DNA of 64,000 nt from a virus. The position numbers were made by a program, and so were the translations under genes. The DNA lies in IMG/VR virus record IMGVR_UViG_2225789004_000003, positions 1 through 64,000 of that record. One strand, given 5' to 3'. Under the pieces are notes generated by a model. That model saw nothing but the letters and a program-made list of their open reading frames with translations, was not told the DNA's origin and made no database searches. This document shows positions 63,020 through 64,000 of this stretch, one piece after another (positions within the stretch are counted from its first letter, which is position 1; every line of letters begins with the position of its first letter).

Positions 63020-63637
63020 TTAAAGTATATAATTAGCAGTTATTGCTATAGAATCTGTTATAGTTAACAAATCACCTGCTTGTAATAGCACTCTACTGTT
63101 AGGAACTTCCCAACCTGAAAAAACCATTGTTCCAGTTAATTTAGCAACTGGCAAACGAAGAACTGCAGGATTGCCAGAGAGATATTCAAACGTATCAACA
63201 GATCCATCAGGGTGTGTAACTGTTACATTATATGATTTTCTATCAATAATAGATTGCCTACTTACGCCGAGTCTAAATATATTATTGTTACCCATAGCAA
63301 CCCATATTTTCAATGTTTCATTAGACATATCAGAATCACTAGCAGGAATACCAGTATCTAAACTTCCTTCTTGATAAAAATCTCCATCTACTACATCTTG
63401 GGTATAAAGTCCATCAGTTGTAAGTCTTTTAAAATTAGCAATAGAATCGCCTTGTAACTTCATTTCATAACCTGCAAGATAAGTTTCACCATCAATTAAG
63501 TTAGGGTATATTGCAACACCACATAATGCTTTAGATATAGAAATACCTAAATCTCTTATTAATGTCATATGAAATGCAGAAGATGCAGTATTATAGGTTT
63601 TATACCTATCAATTATTGTTTGATCAAGTAACATCAT
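63020..63637 (-). CDS. Flg_new-repeat protein, divergent paralog 1
   Basis: C-terminal MVFSGWEVPNSRVLLQAGDLLTITDSIAITANY. Confidence 0.5.
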   Translation of the reverse strand: MMLLDQTIIDRYKTYNTASSAFHMTLIRDLGISISKALCGVAIYPNLIDGETYLAGYEMKLQGDSIANFKRLTTDGLYTQDVVDGDFYQEGSLDTGIPASDSDMSNETLKIWVAMGNNNIFRLGVSRQSIIDRKSYNVTVTHPDGSVDTFEYLSGNPAVLRLPVAKLTGTMVFSGWEVPNSRVLLQAGDLLTITDSIAITANYIL

Positions 63638-63695
63638 TTTATTAATTACCTCTTTCTTTTTATTTATTTTCTATTTCTTTCATTAAAAACTTGGT

Positions 63696-63962
63696 TTAGT
63701 AATTTGGATTTGCTATTGAATCTAATGCATCTTCGACTTCTCCAAATGTCATAGATGCTACAGTAATTTCATGATCTAATCTAGCGAGTTTTGAGCTATC
63801 CATATCACTTAGTTCATTAACTTTATTAAGTAATCGTAGTGTTTGAGCTTGAATTTTCTCGATAGTATTAGTTACATCAGCTATACGATTTATTCTACCT
63901 AATGTTTTTTGAATATGACCTGCATCCTCATTAATTAGATTTTCATTGATATATTTTACCAT
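63696..63962 (-). CDS. Hypothetical coiled-coil protein
   Basis: ORF, helical heptad character. Confidence 0.5.
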   Translation of the reverse strand: MVKYINENLINEDAGHIQKTLGRINRIADVTNTIEKIQAQTLRLLNKVNELSDMDSSKLARLDHEITVASMTFGEVEDALDSIANPNY

Positions 63963-64000
63963 ATAAGTTGTATTACCAACATGTTTAAGCCCTAAACTCT

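Noticed and set aside
3053-63374. Short ORFs in the supplied track that lie inside longer ORFs, on the opposite strand or in another frame. They are 3053..3247, 5600..5803, 7940..8125, 8047..8229, 8586..8822, 11883..12104, 13686..13904, 14590..14853, 24179..24373, 31858..32061, 39558..39752, 41808..41999, 45397..45621, 54121..54315, 57422..57769, 62592..62774 and 63171..63374.
   Set aside because: Each is fully embedded in a much longer ORF with recognisable protein motifs or operon context. They have low-complexity, hydrophobic translations typical of antisense AT-rich DNA and no SD.
1-64000. Lysogeny module, alternative genetic code, rRNA, CRISPR array.
   Set aside because: No integrase, recombinase or CI-like repressor motifs were seen. 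Long ORFs read through in the standard code, with TGA, TAA and TAG all used as stops. No rRNA-like or repeat-spacer sequences are present.

Overview
Very AT-rich segment (by eye well under one-third G+C) of a tailed dsDNA phage genome. No integrase, repressor/lysogeny module, rRNA or CRISPR array is visible.

There are three transcription blocks:
1. Minus-strand early block, 1-9416. It holds dUTPase, two CDA-fold deaminases, two extraordinary CxxC-array proteins, an MmcB-like nuclease, tRNA-Gln and tRNA-Trp, and two large orphan proteins.
2. Plus-strand early/middle block, 10257-18393. It holds ArdC, a radical SAM enzyme, an Rnl2-type RNA ligase, a lipoprotein, NAD-dependent DNA ligase and a small DPPY methyltransferase. 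A roughly 840-bp divergent control region separates it from block 1.
3. Minus-strand late block, 18723-64000.

Reading the late block in transcription order:
- Three Flg_new-domain paralogs, large terminase and portal.
- A 1421-aa tape-measure-like protein with an M23 peptidase domain.
- P2/Mu/T4-like baseplate genes (gpX-like, hub, gp25/W, J-like, I-like, gp5/V-like spike).
- Stand-alone P2-gpH-N-terminal-like proteins.
- Three or four receptor-binding fibre genes built from GLUG-type beta-helix modules, with a solo TnpB (IS605-family) element inside the locus.
- A split N6-adenine methyltransferase, a PAAR protein, an amidase_2 endolysin and a tRNA(CAU).

No major capsid, sheath or tube gene is recognisable in the window.

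The most notable non-standard observations:
- Two paralogous early proteins with Cys at every third residue.
- A GLUG fibre module that appears split across two genes by a roughly 2-kb same-strand cassette.
- A TnpB gene interrupted exactly at a U7A5 run that allows perfect +1 re-pairing.
- Reiterated early promoter/terminator/leader cassettes.
- A 24-nt late-promoter-like motif present three times.
- A promoter-to-terminator unit with no ORF (candidate sRNA).
- Nine genes beginning with MKL[IL][EN].

All functional calls come from motif recognition by eye, with no database search.
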